The position numbers were made by a program, and so were the translations under genes. A stretch of 57,114 nucleotides of DNA from an uncultured Acidobacteriota bacterium (lineage in GTDB: Bacteria; Acidobacteriota; Terriglobia; Terriglobales; Acidobacteriaceae). Positions 1 to 8,757 of this stretch are shown here, piece by piece. Location: positions 1-57,114 of the forward strand of contig CAILBQ010000461.1 in the NCBI GenBank assembly GCA_903832475.1. The letters are read 5' to 3'. The notes beneath the pieces are model-generated. The model saw nothing but the letters and a program-made list of their open reading frames with translations, was not told where the DNA came from and did not search any database. The number at the start of each line of letters is the position of its first letter. Within the stretch, counting starts at the first letter, position 1.

Positions 1-7
1 CGCGGCG

Positions 8-970
8 GTGTGTGCGGAGACGACGTATGATTTGCGGGGGTTGTCGCGTGCTCCGCTGCCTGCGGAGGGAAAGACGAGCGAGGGCGCCGAGGTACATTCG
101 ATCTCGGCGCATTCCTTTGGGAGGCTGATCCGGACGCTGGGGGATGCGGCGGTGCGGGCGGCGAATATGGAGCTGGGCGAGATTGCGGGGGCGGCGCTGG
201 CCATGCCGGGACCGTTCGATTATGAGAATGGCATCAGCCTGATGAAGCACAAGCTGCAGGCGTTGTATGGGGTGGATTTGAAGACGGCGCTGGCGGGGCG
301 GTTTGGATGGGAGCCGAGGCAGGTGCGGTTTGTGAATGATGCGGCGGCATTTCTGCTGGGGGAAGTGGGAGCAGGGGCGGCGCGGGGGTTTCGCAAGGCG
401 ATCGGGATCACGCTGGGGACGGGGATCGGCTGCGCGTACGCGGCGGATGGGCGGATTGCGGTGCCAAGCGATCAGGCGGGAGGCGATGCCGGCGTTCCGC
501 CGGGCGGGGAGATCTGGAACCTGCCATACAGCGGGAAGACGGTTGAGGATTTTGTGTCGACTCGGTATCTGCGCAGGCATTACCTGGAGCTGACGGGGCT
601 GGAGGCGGAGGTTTCGGATGTAGCGGCGATCGCACAGTGCCGGGAGGATGCGCCGTGTCCTCCGCTGGAAGAGACGCTGGCGCGGCAGAGCGGCGGTGTG
701 CAGACGAGTGCCGGTAAGATAGCGGCCAAGGCGGCGCGGCAAGCGTTTGCCGACTTTGGCACGCACCTGGGTGGGGCGCTGAACCAGCATGCGGGGGAAT
801 TCAAGCCGGACGTGGTGGTGCTGGGGGGCGGTATTGCGCGGGCTTCAGCGCTATTTTTACCGGCGACCAAGAAGGCGTTGACGTTTGAGACGGAGATGGC
901 GATTTCGGTGCTGATGGATGAGGCGCCGCTGGCGGGGGCTGGGGTGGCGTGGTTTAACGCGGAACCATAA
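8..970 (+). CDS. ROK-family sugar kinase (glucokinase-like), probably 5'-truncated by the window edge
   Basis: Motifs AMPGPFDY, FVNDAAAF, ITLGTGIG and VVLGGGIA; the N-terminal D-x-G-G phosphate motif is absent, so the gene probably starts upstream of base 1. Confidence 0.85.
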   Translation: MCAETTYDLRGLSRAPLPAEGKTSEGAEVHSISAHSFGRLIRTLGDAAVRAANMELGEIAGAALAMPGPFDYENGISLMKHKLQALYGVDLKTALAGRFGWEPRQVRFVNDAAAFLLGEVGAGAARGFRKAIGITLGTGIGCAYAADGRIAVPSDQAGGDAGVPPGGEIWNLPYSGKTVEDFVSTRYLRRHYLELTGLEAEVSDVAAIAQCREDAPCPPLEETLARQSGGVQTSAGKIAAKAARQAFADFGTHLGGALNQHAGEFKPDVVVLGGGIARASALFLPATKKALTFETEMAISVLMDEAPLAGAGVAWFNAEP

Positions 971-1028
971 GTCGGATTAGAAAGCTAAAGATCGCGCGCA
1001 ATGTTTTAGCGTCAGGGCAATTTGCGCT

Positions 1029-1964
1029 TCAGGGGCGAAGTCTATGAAATAGAAAATCGCCGGTCTTCCAATCCCGCGCGATGATCGTTCCATCGGCCAT
1101 CATTGCGAGGTCAAGTGGTTGCCGTCCCAGCTTGATTCGAGAGGTTTCGACAAGCGAGTTCGCATCAAGGATGAGGATGTCGCTGCTATAGGGACGCGCG
1201 ACCAGACAGCGGCTTTGGGACGGGTCAAGACAGAATTCTCCGATGAACTGGCCTGTTCCAGAAGTCGCCTGCTGCAGGAGCTTCGAGGCTTTGACATCGA
1301 GCGATTTTGCGTCCAGCTTTACGATCGCATCGTAGTCGGTGGCCCAGAGCTCATGGGCTGTGGGGCGTCCTTGAAAGAGAGGATTGCCCCTTCTATCGGC
1401 AAGGTTCAGTTTTCGAACGGCGGTTTGAGTGACCGGATCGTAGAGGACGGGATGTGAATCTCGCTGAATGGAAATGATCAGGAGCGGCGAGCCGGGGATT
1501 TCCATGACCCCGACGATGCCTTGGTAGCCTTTGTCGTAGGAATCATCAAACCACGCGAATGTCTGGACTTCCTGCTCCAGTCCGGCGTGAGGCATGATGA
1601 GCTGATAATCCCCGAAAGCATAGCCTGTATACGCTGCAGGCAATCGCTCCCATACGTGAATGTCGCCTTCACAGGACAATTCAACCTTCGATGAAAGATG
1701 TGGGATGACCCGCTGTAACGACAGCCGGGAGAGAGTTTGTTGCGGATTGGAGTAGGGGTGAGCTGTAATTTCCAGCCTGCTTCCCTCCCAATGGTGAACG
1801 ACGGCGAAGAGGTCGTCCTCCCCGGCATGGAGAATTAGATACTTTGCGTCGCTTATCGCGAAGCAACGAGGAGACGCCTGCCCGAGGGAGTATTGCCATA
1901 AGAATCCCTTGTCGACCCAACCTAGCGTGGAGATGGCATGAGATTTGTCGTTGTTGAGAATCAT
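1029..1964 (-). CDS. Hypothetical protein, YncE-like beta-propeller character
   Basis: 311-aa ORF with short repeated beta-strand units (LYDPVT, KLDAKSL, ILDANSL); base composition unlike neighbours. Confidence 0.6.
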   Translation of the reverse strand: MILNNDKSHAISTLGWVDKGFLWQYSLGQASPRCFAISDAKYLILHAGEDDLFAVVHHWEGSRLEITAHPYSNPQQTLSRLSLQRVIPHLSSKVELSCEGDIHVWERLPAAYTGYAFGDYQLIMPHAGLEQEVQTFAWFDDSYDKGYQGIVGVMEIPGSPLLIISIQRDSHPVLYDPVTQTAVRKLNLADRRGNPLFQGRPTAHELWATDYDAIVKLDAKSLDVKASKLLQQATSGTGQFIGEFCLDPSQSRCLVARPYSSDILILDANSLVETSRIKLGRQPLDLAMMADGTIIARDWKTGDFLFHRLRP

Positions 1965-2193
1965 CGAGGTAGTTTGTCACAAGTTGGCTGGCGCCCGTCC
2001 GGCAGGTGCGGCTGCGCGGCAAGGGCTCTGAGATCCGTCGCACTGCCACGCGACGGAGCTAGACCTGTCGGGGGCGCCCCGTCGCTCGGGAAGACCAATC
2101 CGAGTGCAGTTGTTGGATAAAGAGACGGTCGCTGTATTCAGATCAGAAGAGACGCTGGGCAGCTGGTTGGAATTTTCTCTCCCGGGGATTTCT

Positions 2194-3100
2194 TCAGGGT
2201 CGAGGTGCGGGTGTTTTGTCGTCCGGTAGGACGCGGTAGGGGTCGTACTGGATAGTTGCCTGGTGAGCCTCGCCAAGGGGGCCGAGGTCGAACCAGGACT
2301 GGTATTGGCCGGTGCGGATGGTGAGGGGTGTTCCGCGGCAGAAGTCGACGTGTCGAAGCTCTTCTGGGTTACGGGCGCTGGGTGTAGGCGGTGACCAGTC
2401 GAAGAAATCGAGATTGGAATCTCGGACGGGGCTGGGATCGAAGTCGGCCAGCGAAGTGTCGCTGCCGTAGTGAATGTATTTGGCCGAGAGTCCTGCGGGA
2501 AGGGGCGGCTCCCCTGGTTCAGGTGGGCAGGTTGAGTCGGCCGATTCGATGCGGGCGACCAAGACTCCGGGCAGGCGAAGAGGGGCGGAGCATTCACTTG
2601 CGATGCGGAAGAACAATTCACGCCGTCCCGAAGGCCAGCGGCACTCGAGGCCGCCGGGGAGGGTGAAGTGGTTGGCCGCGGTGGCGATGCGCTGGGAGGG
2701 TTCGAGATGGTAGAGGGTATAGGCAAGCTCGACGGTGGCCTGGGGATGGACTCTGGAAAGGGAATCCAGTGATTCGTAGGGCATGTTTATTTCGAGCTGC
2801 GCACACGGAGAGTCTGCGGTGAGCTTGATGGACCGGTTGATCCAGGCCGATTGCCAGTGCCAGCCGTTATCTCCGTTGAGGGTAACCCGGAAGCCCTCTG
2901 CGCTGAGGATGATGTCTGGGGCAGAGAAGTCGGCGGTGAGGGGAAGGGCGATGGTTGAGTCAGAGCTAAGGCCATTGAGGAAATATTGGCGGACGCCGTC
3001 TTTTTCCGGCGTTGATGCTGCGGGAGGGGGCCTTCTGGGGGAGGGACAGAAGGTTGGAAAGCGGGAGGAGGGCGTACGCGGCTTTCCGTGCTGCCGGCAT
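2194..3100 (-). pseudogene. C-terminal remnant of an uncharacterised acidobacterial membrane-associated protein
   Basis: Protein-like Cys-containing sequence (GLECRW, ECSAPLRLP, DFDPSPV, DFCRGTPLTI) with no credible start, RBS or N-terminal segment; upstream ORF extension is low-complexity. Confidence 0.4.
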
Positions 3101-3483
3101 GGTGGGGCAATTTTAGCAGTCGGGGTTCGGAATTCGTTCTGCGTTGTGATGATTTTGTTGGAACCGCGGTGGGGAGGGAAATGTCCGCCGTGGATCGGCA
3201 TTTCCAACATCTGTAAAGTAGCCGATGGCGGGAATGTCTTTGCGTTCAAGTCTTTTATTTTCAAGTGGGTGAAAACTCCTACATTATTCCAAGGTTTTTT
3301 TTAGGAAGGCCGAAGGACTTGGTTGAGCGATGTGGCTAGGGTGAGGAGCATACACAGTGTGCTTGGTACCCGACAGTTCGAGCACACGCGGTGCGCTAGT
3401 TGCAATCCCCCCAAGGGCGCTTGCATATGGCCTAAACCAGCGAACCCGATCTCGTCATCGGAAAACCAAGAGAGGAAATTGAC

Positions 3484-4404
3484 ATGACACGCATATCATC
3501 CATACTCGGCTCTGCCGCTTTGATTCTCAGCTGCACCTTTGCCTCGGCACAGAACAGCGAAATTGCAACGTCAACCGGTGCGCCTACTCCCGAGGTGGCC
3601 ACCAGCTATACCTTTACGGAAGTCAACTATGCCGGCGACGTATTCACTCAGTTGCTGGGGATCAATAACAAAGGTGAGATTGCCGGCTATCATGGCAGCG
3701 GCATGGACGCGCAGCACCCGAACAAGGGCTTTACGCTGACGCTGCCAAATACTTTTGTTGCAGAGAACTATCCCAGCTCCGCGCAGACCCAGGTGATCGG
3801 CATCAACGATGCGGGCAGCACTTCGGGTTTCTATGTTGACAGCAAGAACGTGACGCACGGTTTTTACTACGTCGCGGGCGCTTTCCGGCCGATTGATTAT
3901 CCTGGCACGACGTTCAACCAGACGCTGAGCTGGTACAACAACAACGAGGGAGCCGGTTATTCTCAGGATACGCTTGGGAATTTCCACCCGTATTTCTGGA
4001 GTAAGTCGACGCCGTTCTGGTCGTTACTGATTCCAGGTGCGGTCAGCGCGCAGGCCACCAACATCAACAATGTCGGATCGGTTTCCGGCTTCTACATCGA
4101 CAGCGCAAGCGTGAATCACGGGTTCCTGTTTTACAACGGAAACTTCACGCGGCTCACCTATCCGGGTTCGACGTTCACCCAGGCATTGGGCGTGAATGAT
4201 TCCAATGAAGTGGTTGGAACCTATACCGATACCAGCAACATGACGCATGGCTTCACGTGGAAGGCGGGCGTCTGGCAGTCGATCGACGATCCGAACGGGA
4301 TTGGTTCGACGGTGGTAAACGGGATCAACAACGCGGGCACGCTGGTTGGGTTCTGGGGCAATGTCGGAGCGGGCATATCGCACGGCTTCGTCGCAGTCCC
4401 GTAA
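3484..4404 (+). CDS. Secreted HAF-repeat-like six-repeat protein (probable beta-propeller)
   Basis: Signal peptide ending ASA-Q; six repeats of F-x-x-x-x-YPG-x-x-x-TQ-x-x-GIN-x-x-G...HGF; RBS-like GAGAGGA upstream. Confidence 0.85.
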   Translation: MTRISSILGSAALILSCTFASAQNSEIATSTGAPTPEVATSYTFTEVNYAGDVFTQLLGINNKGEIAGYHGSGMDAQHPNKGFTLTLPNTFVAENYPSSAQTQVIGINDAGSTSGFYVDSKNVTHGFYYVAGAFRPIDYPGTTFNQTLSWYNNNEGAGYSQDTLGNFHPYFWSKSTPFWSLLIPGAVSAQATNINNVGSVSGFYIDSASVNHGFLFYNGNFTRLTYPGSTFTQALGVNDSNEVVGTYTDTSNMTHGFTWKAGVWQSIDDPNGIGSTVVNGINNAGTLVGFWGNVGAGISHGFVAVP

Positions 4405-4448
4405 TACAAATCACAATACAGCGACGTTCGAAGCTGGACGTCCCGGCT

Positions 4449-4491
4449 GTCCCATCTGTTTCGCAAATTGCGGAGCAGATGGGACTTTTTT
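4449..4491 (+). terminator. Rho-independent terminator between convergent genes
   Basis: Stem GTCCCATCTG...CAGATGGGAC with additional inner pairing, followed by T6. Confidence 0.7.
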
Positions 4492-4495
4492 GGGT

Positions 4496-5014
4496 TTAGC
4501 GAGAGAAGTCGACGTAGTTGCGGCCTTCATAGAGGCGGAAGCTGGAGCCGTCAGCCACGATTTTAAGAGGGGTGGGACGTTTCAAGTCGGCGTCGTTGTG
4601 GGAGGCGACGGTGAACAGATCGTGTGCGCCGACGTCGAGGACGATGAATTTCTGTCCAGGGATGAAGCCGATGCCGTAGATGCCGGCGGCCAAGTCGTGG
4701 CCTTCGATTTTGATGGGAACTTCCGTGATGAAATAGGCCTGATATTTGGACTGCACATCACTGGAGTAACCGCTGGTATCGACCAGGGTAGCGAGGACGA
4801 ACATGCCGTCTCCGAACTTGACGCCTCCGGAATTACGCAGTTGGGTCGTGGCGGATTGGCCACGAAAGAAGACGGAAGCGGGCAGGAGCTTGGTGGTTTC
4901 GGCGACGGTGAGGACGGAGCCGCTGCTTTGCGCGACAGCCGAGGTAGCCGTGGCCAGCAGCAGGACGGCAGCGACGATGATTGCTTTCGCTGTGAGTTTG
5001 CATGAGACGCGCAT
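4496..5014 (-). CDS. Secreted hypothetical protein
   Basis: RBS GGAGGA before ATG 5014, signal peptide ending AVA-Q, C-ending codon bias. Confidence 0.75.
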   Translation of the reverse strand: MRVSCKLTAKAIIVAAVLLLATATSAVAQSSGSVLTVAETTKLLPASVFFRGQSATTQLRNSGGVKFGDGMFVLATLVDTSGYSSDVQSKYQAYFITEVPIKIEGHDLAAGIYGIGFIPGQKFIVLDVGAHDLFTVASHNDADLKRPTPLKIVADGSSFRLYEGRNYVDFSR

Positions 5015-5327
5015 CAATACTTCCTCCAAAGAACACATTTCCGGGCTGGTTTTGACTGAACCGGAGTATATCGCACGGAAGAGACGGTTGTTGTGGTGGG
5101 AGCCAGGCAGGCATGTGGTGGGAATGTGCATGTTCCCAGAGAGAAACAAAAAGACGAATCTCTTTTCCTGAAGCTTGTTTCATTTGAGCCAGCACATTTG
5201 GGATGAGCCATCTAGTTTGAGAGTAGATGTTGCAGAGTATTCCGGCGTGGGTGCACCGCGGCGGTGATTCCTGTCCAGCGGAAGTCGACGCGAGGAAGAT
5301 GCGGTATCCATGCAGGGAATGTTGAGA

Positions 5328-6074
5328 ATGCGGCGAGTCATCGTGGGGGGCGTCGTCGGCATTGTTTGTGCGTCAGCGGTTTGGGGGCAGAGGGTGTCGC
5401 CATCCGCGCCTCATGACTCGAGGAGCTTGCCCGGCCTGAGACTGTCCGGTGAGGCAGTGACGACGTTGCCGCAGGCTCCGCTGCCTCAGCCGTCGGATCG
5501 ATTGACTCTGGGGGAGCGTTTCAGGCTGGAAGCGCGGGTTTCGTTTGGGATATCGGCGATGGTGTTTCCGGCGATCGAGGCGGGATACGACATCGCAAAT
5601 CCGCCGCATCACTATCCCAAGGAGTGGAAAGACGGGCCGGGTGCGTACGGGCGCAACTATGGAGCGGAGTTGGCGCGACATACGGCTGGCGGGCTGGCAC
5701 GGTTTGCCACGGCAGCGGTGACGAGGGAAGATCCGCGCTATTACCCGAGCAGACGCCGACGTGTTCTGCCGCGTTTCTGGCATGCGGTGTGGTTCAGCGT
5801 GGTGGACAAGTCTGAATCGGGACGCGCGATGCCGGCGGCAGGTAATTTTGCCGGTGCGGCGGCGGCGGGTTACGTGGGCATGCCGTATGAGCCGGCGGGA
5901 TACAACGATTTCACGCACGGGACGCAACGGGCGGCGGTGGAGTTTTCCACGTACGCGGTGAACAACCTGGTGACGGAATTTTCTCCCGAGCTGTGCCGGA
6001 CGATGAAGGCGATGCATTTTCCTCAAGGAGTCGCAAAGACGCTTGTTCGTGGGGATTCGGGAACCAAGCCCTAA
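5328..6074 (+). CDS. Secreted hypothetical protein (acidobacterial-type)
   Basis: Signal peptide; W-x-x-G-x-x-x-YG-x-x-YG, EDPRYY and EFSPEL motifs; alternative start 5310. Confidence 0.7.
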   Translation: MRRVIVGGVVGIVCASAVWGQRVSPSAPHDSRSLPGLRLSGEAVTTLPQAPLPQPSDRLTLGERFRLEARVSFGISAMVFPAIEAGYDIANPPHHYPKEWKDGPGAYGRNYGAELARHTAGGLARFATAAVTREDPRYYPSRRRRVLPRFWHAVWFSVVDKSESGRAMPAAGNFAGAAAAGYVGMPYEPAGYNDFTHGTQRAAVEFSTYAVNNLVTEFSPELCRTMKAMHFPQGVAKTLVRGDSGTKP

Positions 6075-6161
6075 AGCGGCGATTCCGATTGAAGTACCGG
6101 CCGGCCCACAGGACGTATTCGAGCCGGCATTTTTGTGTGGTGAGGGCAACGCTTGAATATT

Positions 6162-6215
6162 CTCCTCTTGACAATCGGGAGGAAGATGCTGTCTTCTCTT
6201 GATTGTCAAGAGGAG
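6162..6215 (+). promoter_or_regulatory. padR promoter region with two tandem operator-like palindromes
   Basis: TCCTCTTGA-caa-TCGGGAGGA (6163-6183) overlaps TTGACA (6168-6173); CTTCTCTTGA-ttg-TCAAGAGGAG (6193-6215) overlaps the RBS. Confidence 0.7.
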
Positions 6216-6220
6216 TGAGG

Positions 6221-6574
6221 ATGAACGTGGCTGGAATGAGCGCCAATGAGGAGCCTTCACGCGACCTGGTGCAGGGGACGCTGGAGATGCTGATTTTGAA
6301 GACTCTGGCGCTGGAGTCAATGCATGGGTACGGGGTGGCGCTGCGAATCGAGCAGATTTCGGGCGGTGTGTTTCGCGTGAATCCGGGGTCGCTACTGCCG
6401 GCGTTGAGCCGGATGGAGCGGGCGGGGCATGTGAAGTCGGAGTGGCGGGCGACGGAGAATAACCGGCGGGCGAAGTATTACCTGCTGACGGCGAAAGGTC
6501 GCAAGGCATTGGTGGCGGAGACGGAGCAGTGGCACCGGCAGATCGCAGCGATTGCGCGGATCCTGGAGGCTTGA
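6221..6574 (+). CDS. PadR-family transcriptional regulator (acidobacterial type)
   Basis: QGTLEMLILKTL, MHGYG, V-x-PGSL-x-PAL-x-R, W-x-x-TENNRRAKYY-x-LT-x-x-GRK. Confidence 0.95.
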   Translation: MNVAGMSANEEPSRDLVQGTLEMLILKTLALESMHGYGVALRIEQISGGVFRVNPGSLLPALSRMERAGHVKSEWRATENNRRAKYYLLTAKGRKALVAETEQWHRQIAAIARILEA

Positions 6575-6576
6575 GA

Positions 6577-6722
6577 ATCCCACATCTCTTCGCAAAAAGC
6601 GCGAACAGATATGGGGTACCCGGAGAAGCAGATTCCCCTCGGGGAATGACAGAAAGAAAGGCAAAGGCAAATACAGGGTCGCAGTGCCCCACCCATCCCC
6701 AGAAGCGGGATGGATGGGGCAC
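6577..6722 (+). repeat. Cluster of three REP-like palindromes (families A, B, C)
   Basis: A: ATCCCACATCTC...AGATATGGGGTACCC 6577-6621; B: AAGCAGATTCCCCTCGGGGAATGACAGAAAGAAAGGCAAAGGCAA 6626-6670; C: GTGCCCCACCCATCCC...GGGATGGATGGGGCAC 6684-6722; each family recurs in the window. Confidence 0.85.
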
Positions 6723-6771
6723 TCAGCATTGTTCGTTCCATGAAGGGCATTGATATTTTGTGGAGGTTCCG

Positions 6772-7384
6772 ATGGGATTGATGCGGAATTTGGTGGACGG
6801 GGCTAGGGCGATGGTTCAGAAGCCGCGGGTGGAGCGGGAGCTGGAAGAAGAGCTGGATGGATTTGTTGAGGCTTCGGCGGAGGAAAAACAGCGGAGTGGG
6901 ATGGAGTGGGGTGAAGCTCTGCGGGCGGCGCGCGTCGAGATGGGCAGCCGCGGTGCGGTGAAGCATCAAGTGTGGAGTTCGCGGTGGGAAGGCGGACTGG
7001 ATGGGGTGTTGCAGGATGTGCGGATCAGTGTGCGCATGCTGCTGAAGACGCCGGGATTCACGCTTGTAGCGCTGCTTTCGCTAGCGCTGGGGATAGGGGC
7101 GAACACGGCGATCTTCACGTTGATTCATCAGGTCATGCTGCGGAATTTGCCGGTACACGATCCGGGGCAGTTGGTGACGTTTGGGGAGTCGGAGGGCGGT
7201 GGGGTTCTGGGAGGCGTGGATCTCGGTTTCTTTGGGATGTTTCCGTGGCATTTTGCGCGGGAGATGCAGGCGAATCCGGGACCATTTCATCGTGGTGGTG
7301 AGCGGGATGACGATGATGGCGGCGTGGCTGCCGGCGCGGCGGGCGTCGCGAGTGGATCCGATGGTGGCGCTGCGGTGCGATTGA
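6772..7384 (+). pseudogene. ADOP-type (MacB/FtsX duplicated) ABC permease with a large internal deletion and frameshift
   Basis: N-terminus (ERELEEEL...[17 protein letters not shown]...[12 protein letters not shown]) is joined at about 7286 to the canonical C-terminus [21 protein letters not shown] in another frame. Confidence 0.9.
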
Positions 7385-7451
7385 ATTTTCGCGTTTCGCA
7401 GGGACGATGGGTATACTCGGGCGGATACTCCATCGAACCGTGAGGACGGCC

Positions 7452-7997
7452 ATGAAGAAGCTAATTCTTGTCGCGCTCTTGCTGATTTTTCCACTTGGAA
7501 GCTTTGGCCAGGCGCCGGATGTGACAGGGCCAAAGGACCTGCGCGGCGTGCTGCTGGAGATGCTGAAGACGACGCATAACCAGAAGGACTGGTTTGTTCC
7601 GGGAAACACGGCGATCGATGGGCTGACAGCGGCGCAAGCGAAATGGACGGACAAAAGCGGAAACCATTCCGTAGGGCAGTTGACGAATCATTTGAATTTC
7701 TGGAACGGCGAACAGCTGGCCAAGTTCAAGGGACAGAAGCCGCCTGCGTTTAACGGCAACAACGACGAGACGTTCAACGACTTTGACGCGGCGAAGTGGG
7801 CGGAGACGGTCAAGCAGTTCGATCAGGTGATGACGGATTGGGAGAAAGCTGTCGCGTCGGCGGATGACGCCAAGTTGCGGCTGTGGGCGGCGACGATCGA
7901 ACATGTCGCGCAGCACAATGCGTACCACATCGGCCAGATCATTTACGTACGCAAGCTGCAGGGCGTGTGGGATCCAGACAAAGGCGTGAAGGGCTGA
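7452..7997 (+). CDS. DinB-family protein with signal peptide
   Basis: HSVGQLTNHL and HVAQHNAYHIGQI motifs; N-terminal MKKLILVALLL; RBS GAGGA. Confidence 0.85.
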   Translation: MKKLILVALLLIFPLGSFGQAPDVTGPKDLRGVLLEMLKTTHNQKDWFVPGNTAIDGLTAAQAKWTDKSGNHSVGQLTNHLNFWNGEQLAKFKGQKPPAFNGNNDETFNDFDAAKWAETVKQFDQVMTDWEKAVASADDAKLRLWAATIEHVAQHNAYHIGQIIYVRKLQGVWDPDKGVKG

Positions 7998-8011
7998 GAC
8001 AGGTCATCCGC

Positions 8012-8530
8012 TCAGAGTGTCTGGGCGGGGCTCGTCGCCTCGGTGGCGGCTTCAGAAACGGGGTCGCAGGACGCTTTGATCTTGACGTAACTCGCCTGCA
8101 ATTCGGATAACTCGATATCGCTCAGGTTTTCGATATCGATCATCTGGTCGCGTGCCTTGTCGATGGCGCGGATGAGCTCATTGAGCTTGAGATTGATGGC
8201 GCGAGCATCGCGGTTCTGGGTGTTCTGGATGAGGAACACCATGAGGAAGGTGACGATGGTGGTGCCGGTGTTGATGACCAGCTGCCAGGTATCGGAATAG
8301 TGGAAGAGCGGGCCGGTGGTGGCCCAGACCAGGATGATGAGGGTAGCGGCGGCGAAGGCCCAGCGCGAACCGAGCCATGAGGAAGCATTGGCGGCAAAGC
8401 GGCCAAACCAGTCGTTGACCCTGGTGGCTTCATCGGGCTGCGGGACCTCGGCCTGAACGCGTTTCTGGATCGCGGGTAGCGAGTTGCGCGCGGGGCGGGA
8501 TCGGCTTTTGGCGGCAGGACTCATGCACAT
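8012..8530 (-). CDS. Low-affinity iron permease family protein (Fet4-like)
   Basis: SDTWQLVINTGTTIVTFLMVFLIQNTQNRD...KLNELIRA signature. Confidence 0.9.
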   Translation of the reverse strand: MCMSPAAKSRSRPARNSLPAIQKRVQAEVPQPDEATRVNDWFGRFAANASSWLGSRWAFAAATLIILVWATTGPLFHYSDTWQLVINTGTTIVTFLMVFLIQNTQNRDARAINLKLNELIRAIDKARDQMIDIENLSDIELSELQASYVKIKASCDPVSEAATEATSPAQTL

Positions 8531-8757
8531 CCTTTGCGGCGATTTTAGGGGCGAATCAACGATGCAGGTGTCTCACTTCGCACACGGCGGAAAATAACCG
8601 CAGACGACGCAATTGCGCTGCCGAGATGCACAGGGCTGGCAGGCGGCTTTCCAGCGCGACGAGGCTGTGGACTTCGGTAGAGAACTTAGTAAGGCAAAGT
8701 CCGGAGCGGTTTGAGTATTTTGTTGCGCCGGTCGATCGAAGCGGCGAGTATCTTGCC

